Counted from the first letter of the stretch, positions 30,838 to 46,209 are shown. The stretch is DNA of 64,000 nucleotides from Verrucomicrobiota bacterium (GCA_049510745.1 JBEKYR010000002.1:160001-224000); one strand, 5' to 3'. Notes: generated by a model not told the origin, from the letters alone. Made by a program: numbers and translations.

Positions 30838-32658
30838 TCACGGGGAAACGATACGGTAATAGCGCTGGCTGCCCGTGGCGTTGAGGTCAATTATGGTCAG
30901 GCTGGTGCCGTTGCCCTGCAACTCGATCAGCGAAATCCAGTGGAGCAGGTTGGTCGAGTATTGAATCGTGTAAGCCGATCCGGCCACGGTGTTGAAGCTG
31001 AACTGGAATTGACCGCTGCCCAGCCACTGCGGGGCCGTGAGGAGGGGGCCGCCGCGGCCCGTGACGGTCAAACGGAAGGCATTGGTGGCATAATTGGTTT
31101 GCCAGGAGACAATCGACGGCAAGATCGCGTTGGTGAATACTCCGCTCCCGGCGGCGAACGTCACGACGGCAAAGGAACTGCCCACGCCGGGGACATAGCC
31201 ATTGTTCAAATTGGCGCTGACCGAGCCGGCCAAGGCGGCTGGGTTGCCGACCAGGACGACTTGCCCGAAATTCGTCTGGCTATTGATGCCGAAATTCAGC
31301 GCGCCGTTTGTCAAAGAATAAGCCGCGCTCAGATCGACCGTTCCGGTCTGAACGTCCAAGGTCCCGCTGTTGTTGAACGCGGCATTGAGGCCGGTGACGC
31401 CCGTGCCGCCGGATTTGCGCACCGTCCCCTGGTTGAAGAAACCGGGACCGCCACTCTCGTCGTCAATCGAAACGTCGGAGGCGATGTTGACCAAGGCTCC
31501 GGGCAGGTTGATGAACTCGCCCCATTGGTTCCAGTTGAGGTCTAAATTGCCGCTTTGCAAAAGGACCGTCCCGGCGTTGGTCAGGAATTCTCCCATGGAA
31601 TAATCCGCGCCGTCGATGCCGGCCAGCACCAGGACGCCGTTGGCCGCCAAGGTCATGCCGATTGGGGTTCCGTCGCCAATGACCCCGTTGGTCCAGGTGA
31701 TCAGCCCGCCGACCACGGCGCCGGCTCCCGCCAGCGTGGCCCCCGCCAGGGTTGTGTTGGAAGTGGCCAGACTTCCAGTCAAGGTGAACGTTCCATTGGC
31801 CAGGACATTCGTTCCCGCGCCCGAGAGCACGCCAGCCACTTCGTAATCGTTGCCAAAGGCCAGCGTGGCGCCGGCTTCGGTCTTAAAAAATCCGCCGCCG
31901 CCGCCGGTTCCGTTCACGCTGACCGTGCCGGTCTGAACGTCCAGCGTGCCGTTGTTGATGAAGATCGCATTGACGCCGGTGGCGCCCGTGCCGGCGGACT
32001 TGCGCACCGTCCCCTGGTTCGCCAGCCCTTCGGGGCCGCAGCCGTCAATGGAAACATCGGCCCGCACATCCACCAAGCCATTGGTCAAATTGTCAATCTC
32101 CCCCCAATAATCGCACCGGTTGAGGTTCAAATTGCCGCTTTGCAGGAGGATCGTTCCCGAATTGGTCACGTCCTCGCCGAGGGTGTAGTCGGTGCCGTCG
32201 ATGCCGGCCAGGGTCAGCACACCGTTTGTGGTGACGGTCAGGGTCACCGGGCTGTTCCCCAATTGGCCGGCGGTCCAATTGAACTGGCCGCTGACAGTCA
32301 GGGGACCGGAAAACAGGCCGCCCTGCAAAAGGAAGACCCCGTTGGAATCCACCAGGCTGGGCTGGGCGGACACCAGTGTCAAACTAAAGTTGGTCGTGGC
32401 CAGGGTTTGTTGTCCGCTGCTTCCCCCCAGCGTCAGGTTGGTGAGGGTGACGTTGGCGCTGAGGGTGACGGTGTAAACGCCGGCGTTGGTGATAAAAGCG
32501 GCGTCATTGGTTCCCGGCGTCTGGTTGGGGTCCCAATTGTTGGTGGCGCTCCAATCGCCGCCGGCGGCATTGGTCCAGACGAGGTTGAGGGCGTGAGCCT
32601 GGGTTCCGGCCGCCAAAAGGAGGGCGGCCACGGAGCGAAACAGACGGTGTGGGGGCAT
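30838..32658 (-). CDS. Secreted Gly/Thr/Asn-rich beta-strand-repeat (adhesin/passenger-like) protein
   Basis: Signal peptide, W....NW N-terminal motif, internal duplication with 195-aa period, C-terminal YYR domain. Confidence 0.8.
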   Translation of the reverse strand: MPPHRLFRSVAALLLAAGTQAHALNLVWTNAAGGDWSATNNWDPNQTPGTNDAAFITNAGVYTVTLSANVTLTNLTLGGSSGQQTLATTNFSLTLVSAQPSLVDSNGVFLLQGGLFSGPLTVSGQFNWTAGQLGNSPVTLTVTTNGVLTLAGIDGTDYTLGEDVTNSGTILLQSGNLNLNRCDYWGEIDNLTNGLVDVRADVSIDGCGPEGLANQGTVRKSAGTGATGVNAIFINNGTLDVQTGTVSVNGTGGGGGFFKTEAGATLAFGNDYEVAGVLSGAGTNVLANGTFTLTGSLATSNTTLAGATLAGAGAVVGGLITWTNGVIGDGTPIGMTLAANGVLVLAGIDGADYSMGEFLTNAGTVLLQSGNLDLNWNQWGEFINLPGALVNIASDVSIDDESGGPGFFNQGTVRKSGGTGVTGLNAAFNNSGTLDVQTGTVDLSAAYSLTNGALNFGINSQTNFGQVVLVGNPAALAGSVSANLNNGYVPGVGSSFAVVTFAAGSGVFTNAILPSIVSWQTNYATNAFRLTVTGRGGPLLTAPQWLGSGQFQFSFNTVAGSAYTIQYSTNLLHWISLIELQGNGTSLTIIDLNATGSQRYYRIVSP

Positions 32659-32981
32659 AGAATGGGCGGAATTACGGTCGTTATGGATCAGCGCGGTTCT
32701 TCCTCTTGTAAAATCAAGCCATCAAGTCATTTCTCCGAATAATTGTAACCGATGGCCCCTGATCGTCAACCGGTTTGATGCTGTCAAAAACCCAAGATGG
32801 AAAGGGCGGGGGAAGAGGTGTTTAAGGGGGCGTTTTTTTACGCTTTCAGAGCGCGTTTTGGAGTGCTTTTTGAAGTTTTCAGACTCCCACAACCCGTAGC
32901 GTAAGGGGCGGGAAATGGCCCCAACCGGTTGTGTTTTTTCGGCAAAAAAACATTGAATTAAAGGTTGTCTAAAACCGCTGA

Positions 32982-35546
<2,565 letters not shown>

Positions 35547-35552
35547 ACCCGG

Positions 35553-35673
35553 AAAATGACGAATGACTAAAGAATGCTCAAATGACTCAATGACGAATTC
35601 CGTGACAACAACGCCATTAGACATTAGGGCATTCGTCATTCTTTCGTCATTGGTGCTTCGTCATTAGTCATTT
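35553..35673. repeat. Intergenic inverted array of AATGAC / GTCATT units
   Basis: Four AATGAC followed by four GTCATT between gyrB and gyrA. Confidence 0.8.
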
Positions 35674-35685
35674 CTTCTCTGACAC

Positions 35686-38346
35686 ATGCCTGACGAAAAC
35701 GACAAGAACAAACCCGGCGCGCCGGAAGGGACGTCGCCCTTCGGCAGCACGCCGCTTTTTGCCGCGAACGAAAAAATCGAGAAGGTCAACGTCTCCGACG
35801 AAATCAAGAATTCGTTCCTCGATTATTCGATGTCGGTCATTATCTCGCGCGCCCTGCCCGACGCGCGGGACGGATTGAAACCGTCGCAGAGGCGCATCCT
35901 CTTCGCCATGCATGAACTTGGGGTGATGCCGACCCGAAAGACCTTGAAATGCGCCAGAATTGTCGGGGAAACGATGGGCAAATACCATCCGCACGGCGAC
36001 ATGGCCATTTATCCGACGTTGGTTCACATGGCGCAACCGTGGGCCATGCGGGAAATGCTGATCGAGGGCCAGGGAAATTTCGGCTCGGTGGAAGGCGATC
36101 CGCCGGCCTCCATGCGTTACACCGAAGCCCGCCTCCGCCCTTTGGGCGCGGCCCTGATGTTTGACATGGACAGGGACACCGTCGATTTCGTTCCCAATTA
36201 CGACGGCGAGCACCAGGAACCGACTGTTTTTCCGGCGGCCTTTCCCAATCTTTTGGTCAATGGCGGCACAGGCATTGCGGTGGGCATGGCCACCAACATG
36301 GCCCCCCACAATCTCGGCGAAATCATCGACGGCGTCTGCGCCCAGATCGACAATCCGGAAATCACGGTCGAAGGATTGATGCAGCACATCAAAGGCCCGG
36401 ATTTTCCCACCGGCTGCGCCATCTGCGGGCTGGGCGGCATCAAGGATTATTTCACCACGGGCCGCGGCACGGTCAAAATTCGCGGCAAGGTCGGCCTGGA
36501 AGAGATCAAAGGGGGCCGCGAACAAATTGTCATCACGGCCATCCCCTACAACGTCAACCGCGCCCTGCTGGTGGAGCGGATTGCGGAGTTGGTCAACGAG
36601 AAAGTCATCACCGACATCACCGCGGTGCGCGATGAATCGGACGAAAACACGCGCGTGGTCATCGAAATCAAGCGCGACGCGCTGCCCAAGGTGGTGATCA
36701 ATAACCTTTTCCAACAAACGGCGCTGGAAAGCAGTTTCGCCGTCAACGCCCTGGCCATCGATCATGGCCGCCCCAAAACGCTCGGGCTCAAGGAGCTGAT
36801 CAATTGCTACATCGAGCACCGGCGGGAAGTGGTCATCCGCCGCGCGCGCTTCGAGTTGCGCAAGGCGGAGGAACGGGCCGAAACCCTCGAGGCCTATCTC
36901 ATAGCCCTGGCCAACCTGGACGAGTTTATTCGCATCATCCGCCAATCCAACACGCGGGAGGAAGCGAAGATCAAATTGCTGGCCTTCGATTTCACCCGCC
37001 AGCAGGTCGAGAACATCGGCATCATCATTCGCAGCGAAGCGCGGCTCACCAGCGGACGTTATTCCTTCAGCGAAGCCCAGGCCAACGCCATCCTTGAATT
37101 GCGCCTCTATCAATTGACCGGGTTGGAAGCGGACAAAATCCGGGCGGAGTACCGCCAGTTGCTCGAACGGATCAAGGATTTGCTCGACCTCCTGGCCAAG
37201 GAGGCGCGCGTCTTCGCCCTGATCAAGGCTGAGCTGCGCGAGATCAAAGAAAAGCACGCCACCCCGCGCCTGACCGAGCTGCTGCCCGAGGAAGGCGAGA
37301 TCGCCCTGGAGGATTTGATCGCCAACGAAGGGGTCATCATCACCATCACGCATGGCGGCCTGATCAAGCGCACCAACGTCAGCTCCTACCGCGCCCAGCG
37401 CCGCGGCGGCAAAGGGGTCATCGGCATGACCACCCGCGAAACCTCGGCCGCGCCCGGCGAGGCGGAGGATTTTATCGAGCACCTTTTCACCGCCAGCACG
37501 CACGATTATTTGATGTTCTTCACCAACACCGGCCGCGGCTACGTCGAGCGCGTCCATGAGGTGCCCGACATGGGGCGGGCCGCCAAGGGACGGAGCATCG
37601 CCAATTTGCTCGAATTGAAGGCGGACGAGAAGATCGCCGCCCTCATCCGCATCGTCGCCAAGACCGGCCCGAACAAGGAGGACCTCACCTGGACGGAGCC
37701 TCATTTCGTTTTCTTTGCCACGCAAAAAGGCACGGTCAAGAAAACCAGCCTGGAGGAATTCGCCAATGTGCGCAAAGGCGGCATCATCGCCATTGGAATC
37801 GAGGCGGGCGACACGCTCATCGACGTGCAGCTCACCGGCGGCCATGACGAGGTCGTGCTCATCACGCGCGAAGGCCAGAGCATCCGGTTTTCCGAAGAGG
37901 ACGCGCGGCCCATGGGCCGGCCGGCCGGTGGCGTCCGCGGCATTTCCCTGGAATCCTCCGACGCCGTGATAGCGTTGGCGGTGGTGGTGCCCGACGCGAC
38001 GCTGCTGGTGGCGGGCGAGAACGGCATCGGCAAACGCACCGATTTCGGCGAATACCGCCTCCAATCCCGCGGCGGCAAAGGCATCATCACCATGAAGACG
38101 ACGGACCGGACCGGGCACGTCGTCGGCGCGCTGACGGTGAAGGATGCCGACGAGATCATGCTCATTACGGTGGCCGGCCAGATGGTGCGCACGCGGGTGA
38201 GCGACATCCGCGAAGCCGGACGCAACACGCAGGGTGTCAAATTAATAGACCTGGAAGGGACGGACAAACTCAAGGCCATCGCGCCGGTCATCAGCGAGGA
38301 GAAGGAAGAAGGCGCCGAGGAACCGGAGCCTCCCGCGCCGAAGTAA
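35686..38346 (+). CDS. gyrA: DNA gyrase subunit A
   Basis: [23 protein letters not shown], GyrA-box QRRGGKG, CTD pinwheel repeats. Confidence 0.97.
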   Translation: MPDENDKNKPGAPEGTSPFGSTPLFAANEKIEKVNVSDEIKNSFLDYSMSVIISRALPDARDGLKPSQRRILFAMHELGVMPTRKTLKCARIVGETMGKYHPHGDMAIYPTLVHMAQPWAMREMLIEGQGNFGSVEGDPPASMRYTEARLRPLGAALMFDMDRDTVDFVPNYDGEHQEPTVFPAAFPNLLVNGGTGIAVGMATNMAPHNLGEIIDGVCAQIDNPEITVEGLMQHIKGPDFPTGCAICGLGGIKDYFTTGRGTVKIRGKVGLEEIKGGREQIVITAIPYNVNRALLVERIAELVNEKVITDITAVRDESDENTRVVIEIKRDALPKVVINNLFQQTALESSFAVNALAIDHGRPKTLGLKELINCYIEHRREVVIRRARFELRKAEERAETLEAYLIALANLDEFIRIIRQSNTREEAKIKLLAFDFTRQQVENIGIIIRSEARLTSGRYSFSEAQANAILELRLYQLTGLEADKIRAEYRQLLERIKDLLDLLAKEARVFALIKAELREIKEKHATPRLTELLPEEGEIALEDLIANEGVIITITHGGLIKRTNVSSYRAQRRGGKGVIGMTTRETSAAPGEAEDFIEHLFTASTHDYLMFFTNTGRGYVERVHEVPDMGRAAKGRSIANLLELKADEKIAALIRIVAKTGPNKEDLTWTEPHFVFFATQKGTVKKTSLEEFANVRKGGIIAIGIEAGDTLIDVQLTGGHDEVVLITREGQSIRFSEEDARPMGRPAGGVRGISLESSDAVIALAVVVPDATLLVAGENGIGKRTDFGEYRLQSRGGKGIITMKTTDRTGHVVGALTVKDADEIMLITVAGQMVRTRVSDIREAGRNTQGVKLIDLEGTDKLKAIAPVISEEKEEGAEEPEPPAPK

Positions 38347-38367
38347 AGGCGCCGGCTTTCGCAGGCC

Positions 38368-39960
38368 ATGAGATTCATCGCGCAACTTTTGGGCGCAGGC
38401 GCGTTTGCCGCGCTGCTGGTTTCAAAAAACCTTTCCGCGGCCGGCAGCGTCGAACAATGGGGCGTCTTTGAACTCGCGCTCAACGGGCCGACAAATGGAA
38501 ACCCATTCGTGGATGTGAATTTGTCCGCGCGGTTCACCCAAGGTGACGCCGCCATTGAGGCGGGTGGATTTTACGACGGCGAGGGAGTTTACCGTGTCCG
38601 GTTCATGCCGGAGAGGCAAGGGACGTGGCACTACGTCACGACGAGCAGCGCGAAAGAGTTGGGCGGCAAGTCAGGCGAACTCTCCGTCGCGCCGCCGTCC
38701 GCCGACAACCATGGCCCGGTTCACGTCGCGCACACGTTTCACTTCGCTTACGCCGATGGCAGGCCCTACCGGGAGCTGGGCACGACCTGTTACGCGTGGA
38801 TTCATCAGAATGAAGACCTGCAGGAGCAAACGCTGAGAACGCTGGCGTCGTCGCCGTTCAACAAAGTGCGCATGTGCGTTTTTCCGAAGCGCTATGATTG
38901 GAACAAGAACGAGCCGCCGCTCTATCCCTTTGAAGGCCAGCCGGCGAGCTTGTGGGACTTCACGCGCTTGAATCCAAGATTTTTCCAGCACCTCGAGCGG
39001 CGCGTTCTCGATCTGCAAAAACTGGGCATCGAGGCGGACGTCATTCTGTTTCATCCGTATGACCAAGGGCATTGGGGCTTTGACCGGATGCCGGCGGAGG
39101 CGGACGATCGCTATCTGCGCTATGTGGTGGCGCGGCTGGCGGCGTATCGAAACGTCTGGTGGTCGCTGGCCAATGAATACGATTTCATGAAGAAGAAAAA
39201 GGAGTCGGACTTTGTGCGTTTCGGTGAAATGGTTTCGCGCGACGATCCCTATCATCACCTGCTCTCGATTCACAACGGGGGGAAAATTTTCAACCAGACT
39301 TTGCCGTGGATCACGCACGCGAGCATTCAGAACGGCTCGGCGGTCGAGGACGCGGGCCGCGCTGTGCTGTATCGCGACGCGTATGGCAAGCCGGTTGTTT
39401 TCGACGAAGTGAAATACGAAGGCAACCTGCCGAGGCGCTGGGGAGATTTGTCGGCGGAAGAATTGGTGTTCCGGTTTTGGGAAGGCACGATTGCCGGAAC
39501 ATACGTCGGCCACGGCGAAACGTATCTAAGTCCTGACGATGTGATCTGGTGGTCCAAAGGCGGGGTGCTTAAAGGCCAAAGTCCGGCGCGCCTGGCGTTT
39601 CTGAAAACGGTTCTCGACGAAGCTCCGCCAGAAGGCATTGAGCCGATTGATAAATGGCAGGATCCGACTTACGGCGGTCAGGCGTCGAAATTTTATCTCG
39701 TCTATCTCGGCAAGCAGACACCGCAGTCGTGGGAATTTCAAATCCCAAAAGCGGCGCAAGGCGGCGGCATGGCGCCCGCCGCCGGCATGAAGTTCACCGC
39801 CGAGGTTCTCGATACATGGAATATGACCCTCACGCCGGTGGAAGGCGTCTTCACGCTGAAGAAGAAGGACAATTTTTCTTTCGCGGACAAGGATGGACGC
39901 CCGATAGCGCTTCCAGGCCGGCCTTACATGGCGATTCGGATCAAGCGGGTGAGCGAGTGA
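38368..39960 (+). CDS. Secreted DUF5060/DUF4038/DUF5605 glycoside-hydrolase-like (apiosidase-like) protein
   Basis: GNPF.DV...A.F, GFYDG.G.Y.VRFMP, GTTCYAW, WWSLANEYD, DEVKYEG. Confidence 0.8.
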   Translation: MRFIAQLLGAGAFAALLVSKNLSAAGSVEQWGVFELALNGPTNGNPFVDVNLSARFTQGDAAIEAGGFYDGEGVYRVRFMPERQGTWHYVTTSSAKELGGKSGELSVAPPSADNHGPVHVAHTFHFAYADGRPYRELGTTCYAWIHQNEDLQEQTLRTLASSPFNKVRMCVFPKRYDWNKNEPPLYPFEGQPASLWDFTRLNPRFFQHLERRVLDLQKLGIEADVILFHPYDQGHWGFDRMPAEADDRYLRYVVARLAAYRNVWWSLANEYDFMKKKKESDFVRFGEMVSRDDPYHHLLSIHNGGKIFNQTLPWITHASIQNGSAVEDAGRAVLYRDAYGKPVVFDEVKYEGNLPRRWGDLSAEELVFRFWEGTIAGTYVGHGETYLSPDDVIWWSKGGVLKGQSPARLAFLKTVLDEAPPEGIEPIDKWQDPTYGGQASKFYLVYLGKQTPQSWEFQIPKAAQGGGMAPAAGMKFTAEVLDTWNMTLTPVEGVFTLKKKDNFSFADKDGRPIALPGRPYMAIRIKRVSE

Positions 39961-40167
39961 AAGAATCAAACGCACAGGATTCCGGCAAGTTTTGAATTCC
40001 GCCGTCTTCCTCCTCCCTGTCTTCGGCTAAACCCTCCGGGGTGCAAGTTCGGGGCAAAATCGGTTGAGTTTTCAGCAAAAAACGGAGAGCGGCAGAAATC
40101 AGGCCGCCTTACGTTGGCTTCGTAATAAATAAGCAAAATTCAGACTGCGTTCAATAAGGCAAACACG

Positions 40168-40458
40168 ATGCCAAGATGGAAGCACATTTTTTTGACGCTC
40201 GCGCTGGTGGAGTTTGCAATGGGGTCCAGCGACCTGCGGTCGACGCCCTTGTTTTTCCTGGGTCCGCCGCTGGGGGCGATACTGTTTGGGCTGTTTCTGA
40301 TAGCCCAAATGTTAGAAAAGGAACCGGCTCTGCTGGATGAGCAGAACCGTGCAGCGGGCCTGGACCAACACGAACCGGTCTGGAATCCAGGACCGCCTAA
40401 GAACTCTCACGATGAGGTGGCTACACATCCAGTCCCCGCCATAGCTCGATCCCACTGA
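40168..40458 (+). CDS. Small hypothetical membrane protein
   Basis: Two hydrophobic segments; followed by a hairpin and T-tract. Confidence 0.55.
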   Translation: MPRWKHIFLTLALVEFAMGSSDLRSTPLFFLGPPLGAILFGLFLIAQMLEKEPALLDEQNRAAGLDQHEPVWNPGPPKNSHDEVATHPVPAIARSH

Positions 40459-40482
40459 GCTTACTGGAGCAAAGACAACGAT

Positions 40483-40517
40483 GGACGGCGCGCCCCAAAC
40501 GCGCCGTCCGGCTTTTT
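40483..40517 (+). terminator. Probable intrinsic terminator
   Basis: GGACGGCGCG-7 nt-CGCGCCGTCC then GGCTTTTT. Confidence 0.5.
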
Positions 40518-40705
40518 GGGCGGAGGCGCCAACCGGGACGGCGCCCGGAAACGATGACGGGGCGCTTGTCCGGCGCGACAGGGTGCCCAAAATTCAAAAT
40601 GAAAACCTCGCCTGCTTCAACTACGCCGACCCGTTCACCCTGAAAGCAGCGCCTTGACGCGGCCCTGGCGGAAGGCTGTGGGCGCGCCTTCGTCAAAACA
40701 AGCGG

Positions 40706-40732
40706 AACGGCAGGCGGCAGACGCCTGCCGTT
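40706..40732. terminator. Hairpin downstream of the minus-strand 97-aa gene
   Basis: AACGGCAGGCG-GCAGA-CGCCTGCCGTT. Confidence 0.4.
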
Positions 40733-40750
40733 TCCTTTGAGAGCGGGGGG

Positions 40751-41044
40751 CTATTTCTTCTTTTTCGCCGCCGCCTTACCCTTGGATTCGCTGGCGAGGC
40801 GATAGGTCAGCGTCTGGTTGCGGCGCTTGGACCCTGAATACTTCCGCGCCCATTCCCGGTTGGCGATGGCGTGCTTCAAGCAATGCCAGGCCGTCACCTT
40901 GGGTTCCCCGCAGATGACGCATCGCCCCTCTTTCGCCCGGCGAAGCTGCCATTTCTGCTGCCGGGAAATCGGCAGGTCTGTGAACTCGTCGATGATTTTC
41001 TTGCGTGTATAGGTGTTCGGTTTTTTCTTTTGTCCTTTTTTCAT
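40751..41044 (-). CDS. Small very basic protein with a C-x2-C...C-x2-H putative zinc site
   Basis: CVICGEPKVTAWHCLKH; Lys/Arg-rich. Confidence 0.7.
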   Translation of the reverse strand: MKKGQKKKPNTYTRKKIIDEFTDLPISRQQKWQLRRAKEGRCVICGEPKVTAWHCLKHAIANREWARKYSGSKRRNQTLTYRLASESKGKAAAKKKK

Positions 41045-41432
41045 ATAATTCGCTCATCTCGTGCTTGAATGTTTTCCGCCCGCGGCCGCCGGAAGGCCCG
41101 CGAGTTTCCGTTTCCGCCGATCCATCAACCGGCCTCGAAAACCGTGTTTGCCGCCCGCCCTTCAGCCGCCCGCCATTCGTTATCCCGCAAAAATATGATA
41201 TACGCCCGCGAAAGAAAAGGAAAAAATGGGCTTGTCGCAAAGAATTTGTCGGCGCCCCTCCGGCCGCGCGTCCGGGCCGCCCGGCCCAAGGAGCCGGGGC
41301 GGCTCCGGCCGACGACAGTTTCGGGCTTCCTGTTGTCCGCGATCTTTGCTTAACTGAGGCGAAATCGGCATGGATAGATAGGGAAGCCCTTCCTCACTAC
41401 GCCCACGGAGCGGGGTTCTCCGCGCTTTTTTC

Positions 41433-41451
41433 TTTTACGGATTTTTTACGG
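41433..41451 (+). promoter_or_regulatory. Putative KdpE (OmpR-family) binding site
   Basis: TTTTACGG direct repeat with 11-bp period about 85 bp upstream of the kdp operon, resembling T-rich KdpE boxes. Confidence 0.55.
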
Positions 41452-41534
41452 CTTGGGCCGGTTTTTTGATTACCGCGCCGCCGGGGGCGATGGCACTGTT
41501 TCCCACGTCAAGGGCGCCGAACGCCCCAAAATTT

Positions 41535-41618
41535 ATGAATGATTTGATTTTTATCGCGGTCATCGCCGGCTTCTTCATCGCAGCCGCGCTCTACGTCCGT
41601 TTTTGCGAGAAGCTTTAG
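41535..41618 (+). CDS. 27-aa single-TM peptide upstream of kdpF
   Basis: Manual translation MNDLIFIAVIAGFFIAAALYVRFCEKL*. Confidence 0.7.
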   Translation: MNDLIFIAVIAGFFIAAALYVRFCEKL

Positions 41619-41629
41619 GAGCCTGTTTT

Positions 41630-41713
41630 ATGTGGAACATCATTGTCGGCATTATTTCCCTGCTGCTGTTTATTTATCTGTTCGTGGCCATGATCCGGCC
41701 GGAAAAATTTTAA
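41630..41713 (+). CDS. kdpF: K+-transporting ATPase subunit F
   Basis: Manual translation MWNIIVGIISLLLFIYLFVAMIRPEKF* with the YL..A...PEKF signature; AGGAG RBS. Confidence 0.9.
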   Translation: MWNIIVGIISLLLFIYLFVAMIRPEKF

Positions 41714-41722
41714 GGAGACACC

Positions 41723-43525
41723 ATGAACCACTCTCTGGACTGGCTGCAGTTGGCCTGCTTTGTCGCCGTGCTGGCGTTGGTGACCAAGCCCATGGGCTTA
41801 TACTTGTGCCAGGTGCTCGACGCCCGCGGCAAAACCTGGCTGGACGCGGTCCTCAAACCGCTGGAAAAGCTCACTTACCGGGTGATGGGAGTGGACCCGG
41901 AGCGCGAGCAGGACTGGAAGCAATACGCCTTCGCCATGCTTCTGTTCAGCCTGGTGAGTTGTTTGTTCACTTACGCCATCCTGCGCTTGCAACAACGGCT
42001 GCCGCTCAACCCGCAAGCCTTTGGCGCACTGAGTCCCGACCTGGCCTTTAACACCGCGGTCAGCTTCACCACCAACACCAACTGGCAAAGTTACTCCGGG
42101 GAATCGACCATGTCCTACCTGTCCCAAATGCTGGCGCTGGTCATTCATAATTTCGCCTCTGCCGCCACCGGCATCGCCCTGGCCGCCGCGCTGGTGCGGG
42201 CGGTGGCGCGGAATTCCGCCCGCACGCTGGGCAATTTCTGGGTCGATTTGATTCGCACCACCTACTACCTGCTGGTGCCGGTCTGCGTCGTCGTCGCGGT
42301 CTTCCTGGTGTCGCAGGGGATGATCCAGAACTTCAAGCCGTACACCAAGGCGGCGCTGCTCGAACCGCTGAAGATCAGCGTCGAGAAGAAAAACGACAAG
42401 GGCGAAACGATCAAAGGGCCGGACGGCAAAGCGGTCATGGAAGAACAAACGGTGACCGACCAATCCATTCCGCAGGGGCCGATGGCGTCGCAAGTCGCCA
42501 TCAAGATGCTCGGCACCAACGGGGGCGGTTACGCCAACGCCAACGCCGCTTATCCGTTCGAGAATCCCACCCCGCTCTCCAACTTCATCCAGATGCTCTC
42601 CATCTTCGCCATCGGCAGCGGGCTGACTTATTACCTGGGGCGCCAGACCAAAAACCAGGGTCATGGCTGGTCGGTCTGGGCGTCGATGATGGTCTTGTTT
42701 CTGGCCGGCTGCTTCCTGTGCTGGTGGGCGGAGGCGGGCGGCAACCCGATTCATCAGCATCTGGGCGTCGCCGCGGCCGGCGGCAACATGGAGGGCAAGG
42801 AAGTGCGCTTCGGCATCTTTAACTCCGCCCTCTTCGCCACCGTGACCACCGACGCTTCCTGCGGCGCGGTCAACTCCATGCACGATTCCTTCACGCCGCT
42901 GGGCGGTTTTGTCCCGCTGTTCAACATTCAACTGGGGGAAATCATCATCGGCGGCGTCGGGGCGGGGCTGTATGGGATGTTGGTTTTTGTGGTGCTGGCC
43001 GTGTTCATCGCGGGATTGATGGTCGGACGGACGCCGGAATACCTCGGGAAGAAAATCCAGGCTTACGACGTGAAAATGGCGATGCTGGCCCTGCTGGTGC
43101 TGGCGGTCTCCATCCTCGGATTCGCCGCCTGGGCCTCGGTCAGCAAATGGGGATTGGACGGGCTGAACAACAGCGGCCCGCACGGTTTGAGCGAAATCCT
43201 TTACGCGTTCAGCTCCGCCAACGGCAACAATGGCAGCGCCTTTGCCGGGCTGAACGCGAACACGCCCTGGTACAACACCACCCTGGGAATTGCGATGCTG
43301 GTGGGACGGTTTCTGATGATTGTGCCGATCATGGGCCTGGCCGGATCGCTGGTGGCGAAGAAAATCTCCCCGCCCAGCGCCGGGACCTTTCCCGTGGCCG
43401 GCGTCACGTTCGTCATCCTGCTGCTCGGCACGGTGCTGCTGGTGGGCGCGCTGAACTTTCTGCCCGCGCTGACCCTGGGGCCGATCATCGAGCATTTCCA
43501 GGCCCTCCACGGCAAACTGTATTGA
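41723..43525 (+). CDS. kdpA: K+-transporting ATPase subunit A
   Basis: [31 protein letters not shown]. Confidence 0.97.
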   Translation: MNHSLDWLQLACFVAVLALVTKPMGLYLCQVLDARGKTWLDAVLKPLEKLTYRVMGVDPEREQDWKQYAFAMLLFSLVSCLFTYAILRLQQRLPLNPQAFGALSPDLAFNTAVSFTTNTNWQSYSGESTMSYLSQMLALVIHNFASAATGIALAAALVRAVARNSARTLGNFWVDLIRTTYYLLVPVCVVVAVFLVSQGMIQNFKPYTKAALLEPLKISVEKKNDKGETIKGPDGKAVMEEQTVTDQSIPQGPMASQVAIKMLGTNGGGYANANAAYPFENPTPLSNFIQMLSIFAIGSGLTYYLGRQTKNQGHGWSVWASMMVLFLAGCFLCWWAEAGGNPIHQHLGVAAAGGNMEGKEVRFGIFNSALFATVTTDASCGAVNSMHDSFTPLGGFVPLFNIQLGEIIIGGVGAGLYGMLVFVVLAVFIAGLMVGRTPEYLGKKIQAYDVKMAMLALLVLAVSILGFAAWASVSKWGLDGLNNSGPHGLSEILYAFSSANGNNGSAFAGLNANTPWYNTTLGIAMLVGRFLMIVPIMGLAGSLVAKKISPPSAGTFPVAGVTFVILLLGTVLLVGALNFLPALTLGPIIEHFQALHGKLY

Positions 43526-43529
43526 TTTT

Positions 43530-45572
<2,043 letters not shown>

Positions 45573-45576
45573 GCTT

Positions 45577-46161
45577 ATGAAAGAATTCTTCGCCGAAATA
45601 CGCGGGGCGGTCATGGCCACCGTCATGCTGGCCATCGTCTGCTGCGGGGTTTATCCGCTGGTGGTGTTTGGCTGCGGCCGGCTCCTGTTCGCCGACAAAG
45701 CCGACGGCAGCCTGATTATTGACTCCAAAGGCGCCGTCCGCGGCTCCAGGCTGCTGGGCCAGTCCTTCAGCGGCGACAAGTATTTTCATCCCCGCCCCTC
45801 CGCCGCCGGCAACGGTTATGACCCGACCAGTTCCGGCGGAAGCAATCTCGGACCCACCTCCAAAAAGCTGGCCGATTCCATCGCGCAAAACATCGCCGAT
45901 TACCGGTCGCAAAACGGCCTCGACACCAACGCGCCCGTCCCCGCCGACGCGGTCACGGCCAGCGGCAGCGGCCTGGACCCGCACATCAGCCTGGCCAACG
46001 CGGAGTTGCAGGCGGCCCGCGTGGCCAAGGCCCGCGGCCTGACGGTCCCGGCGGTGCGCGCGCTCATCGACCGGCACATCGACAAGCCGGACCTTGGATT
46101 TCTCGGCGACCCCGGCGTCAACGTCCTGCCCCTGAATCTGGACCTTGATGGGGTCAAGTAG
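45577..46161 (+). CDS. kdpC: K+-transporting ATPase subunit C
   Basis: YFHPRPSA, SGGSNLGP, VTASGSGLDPHIS. Confidence 0.97.
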   Translation: MKEFFAEIRGAVMATVMLAIVCCGVYPLVVFGCGRLLFADKADGSLIIDSKGAVRGSRLLGQSFSGDKYFHPRPSAAGNGYDPTSSGGSNLGPTSKKLADSIAQNIADYRSQNGLDTNAPVPADAVTASGSGLDPHISLANAELQAARVAKARGLTVPAVRALIDRHIDKPDLGFLGDPGVNVLPLNLDLDGVK

Positions 46162-46209
46162 ATTTACGGATTTTCCGCCCGGCCAAAGTCATTGGGGGGA
46201 AAATCCCGA

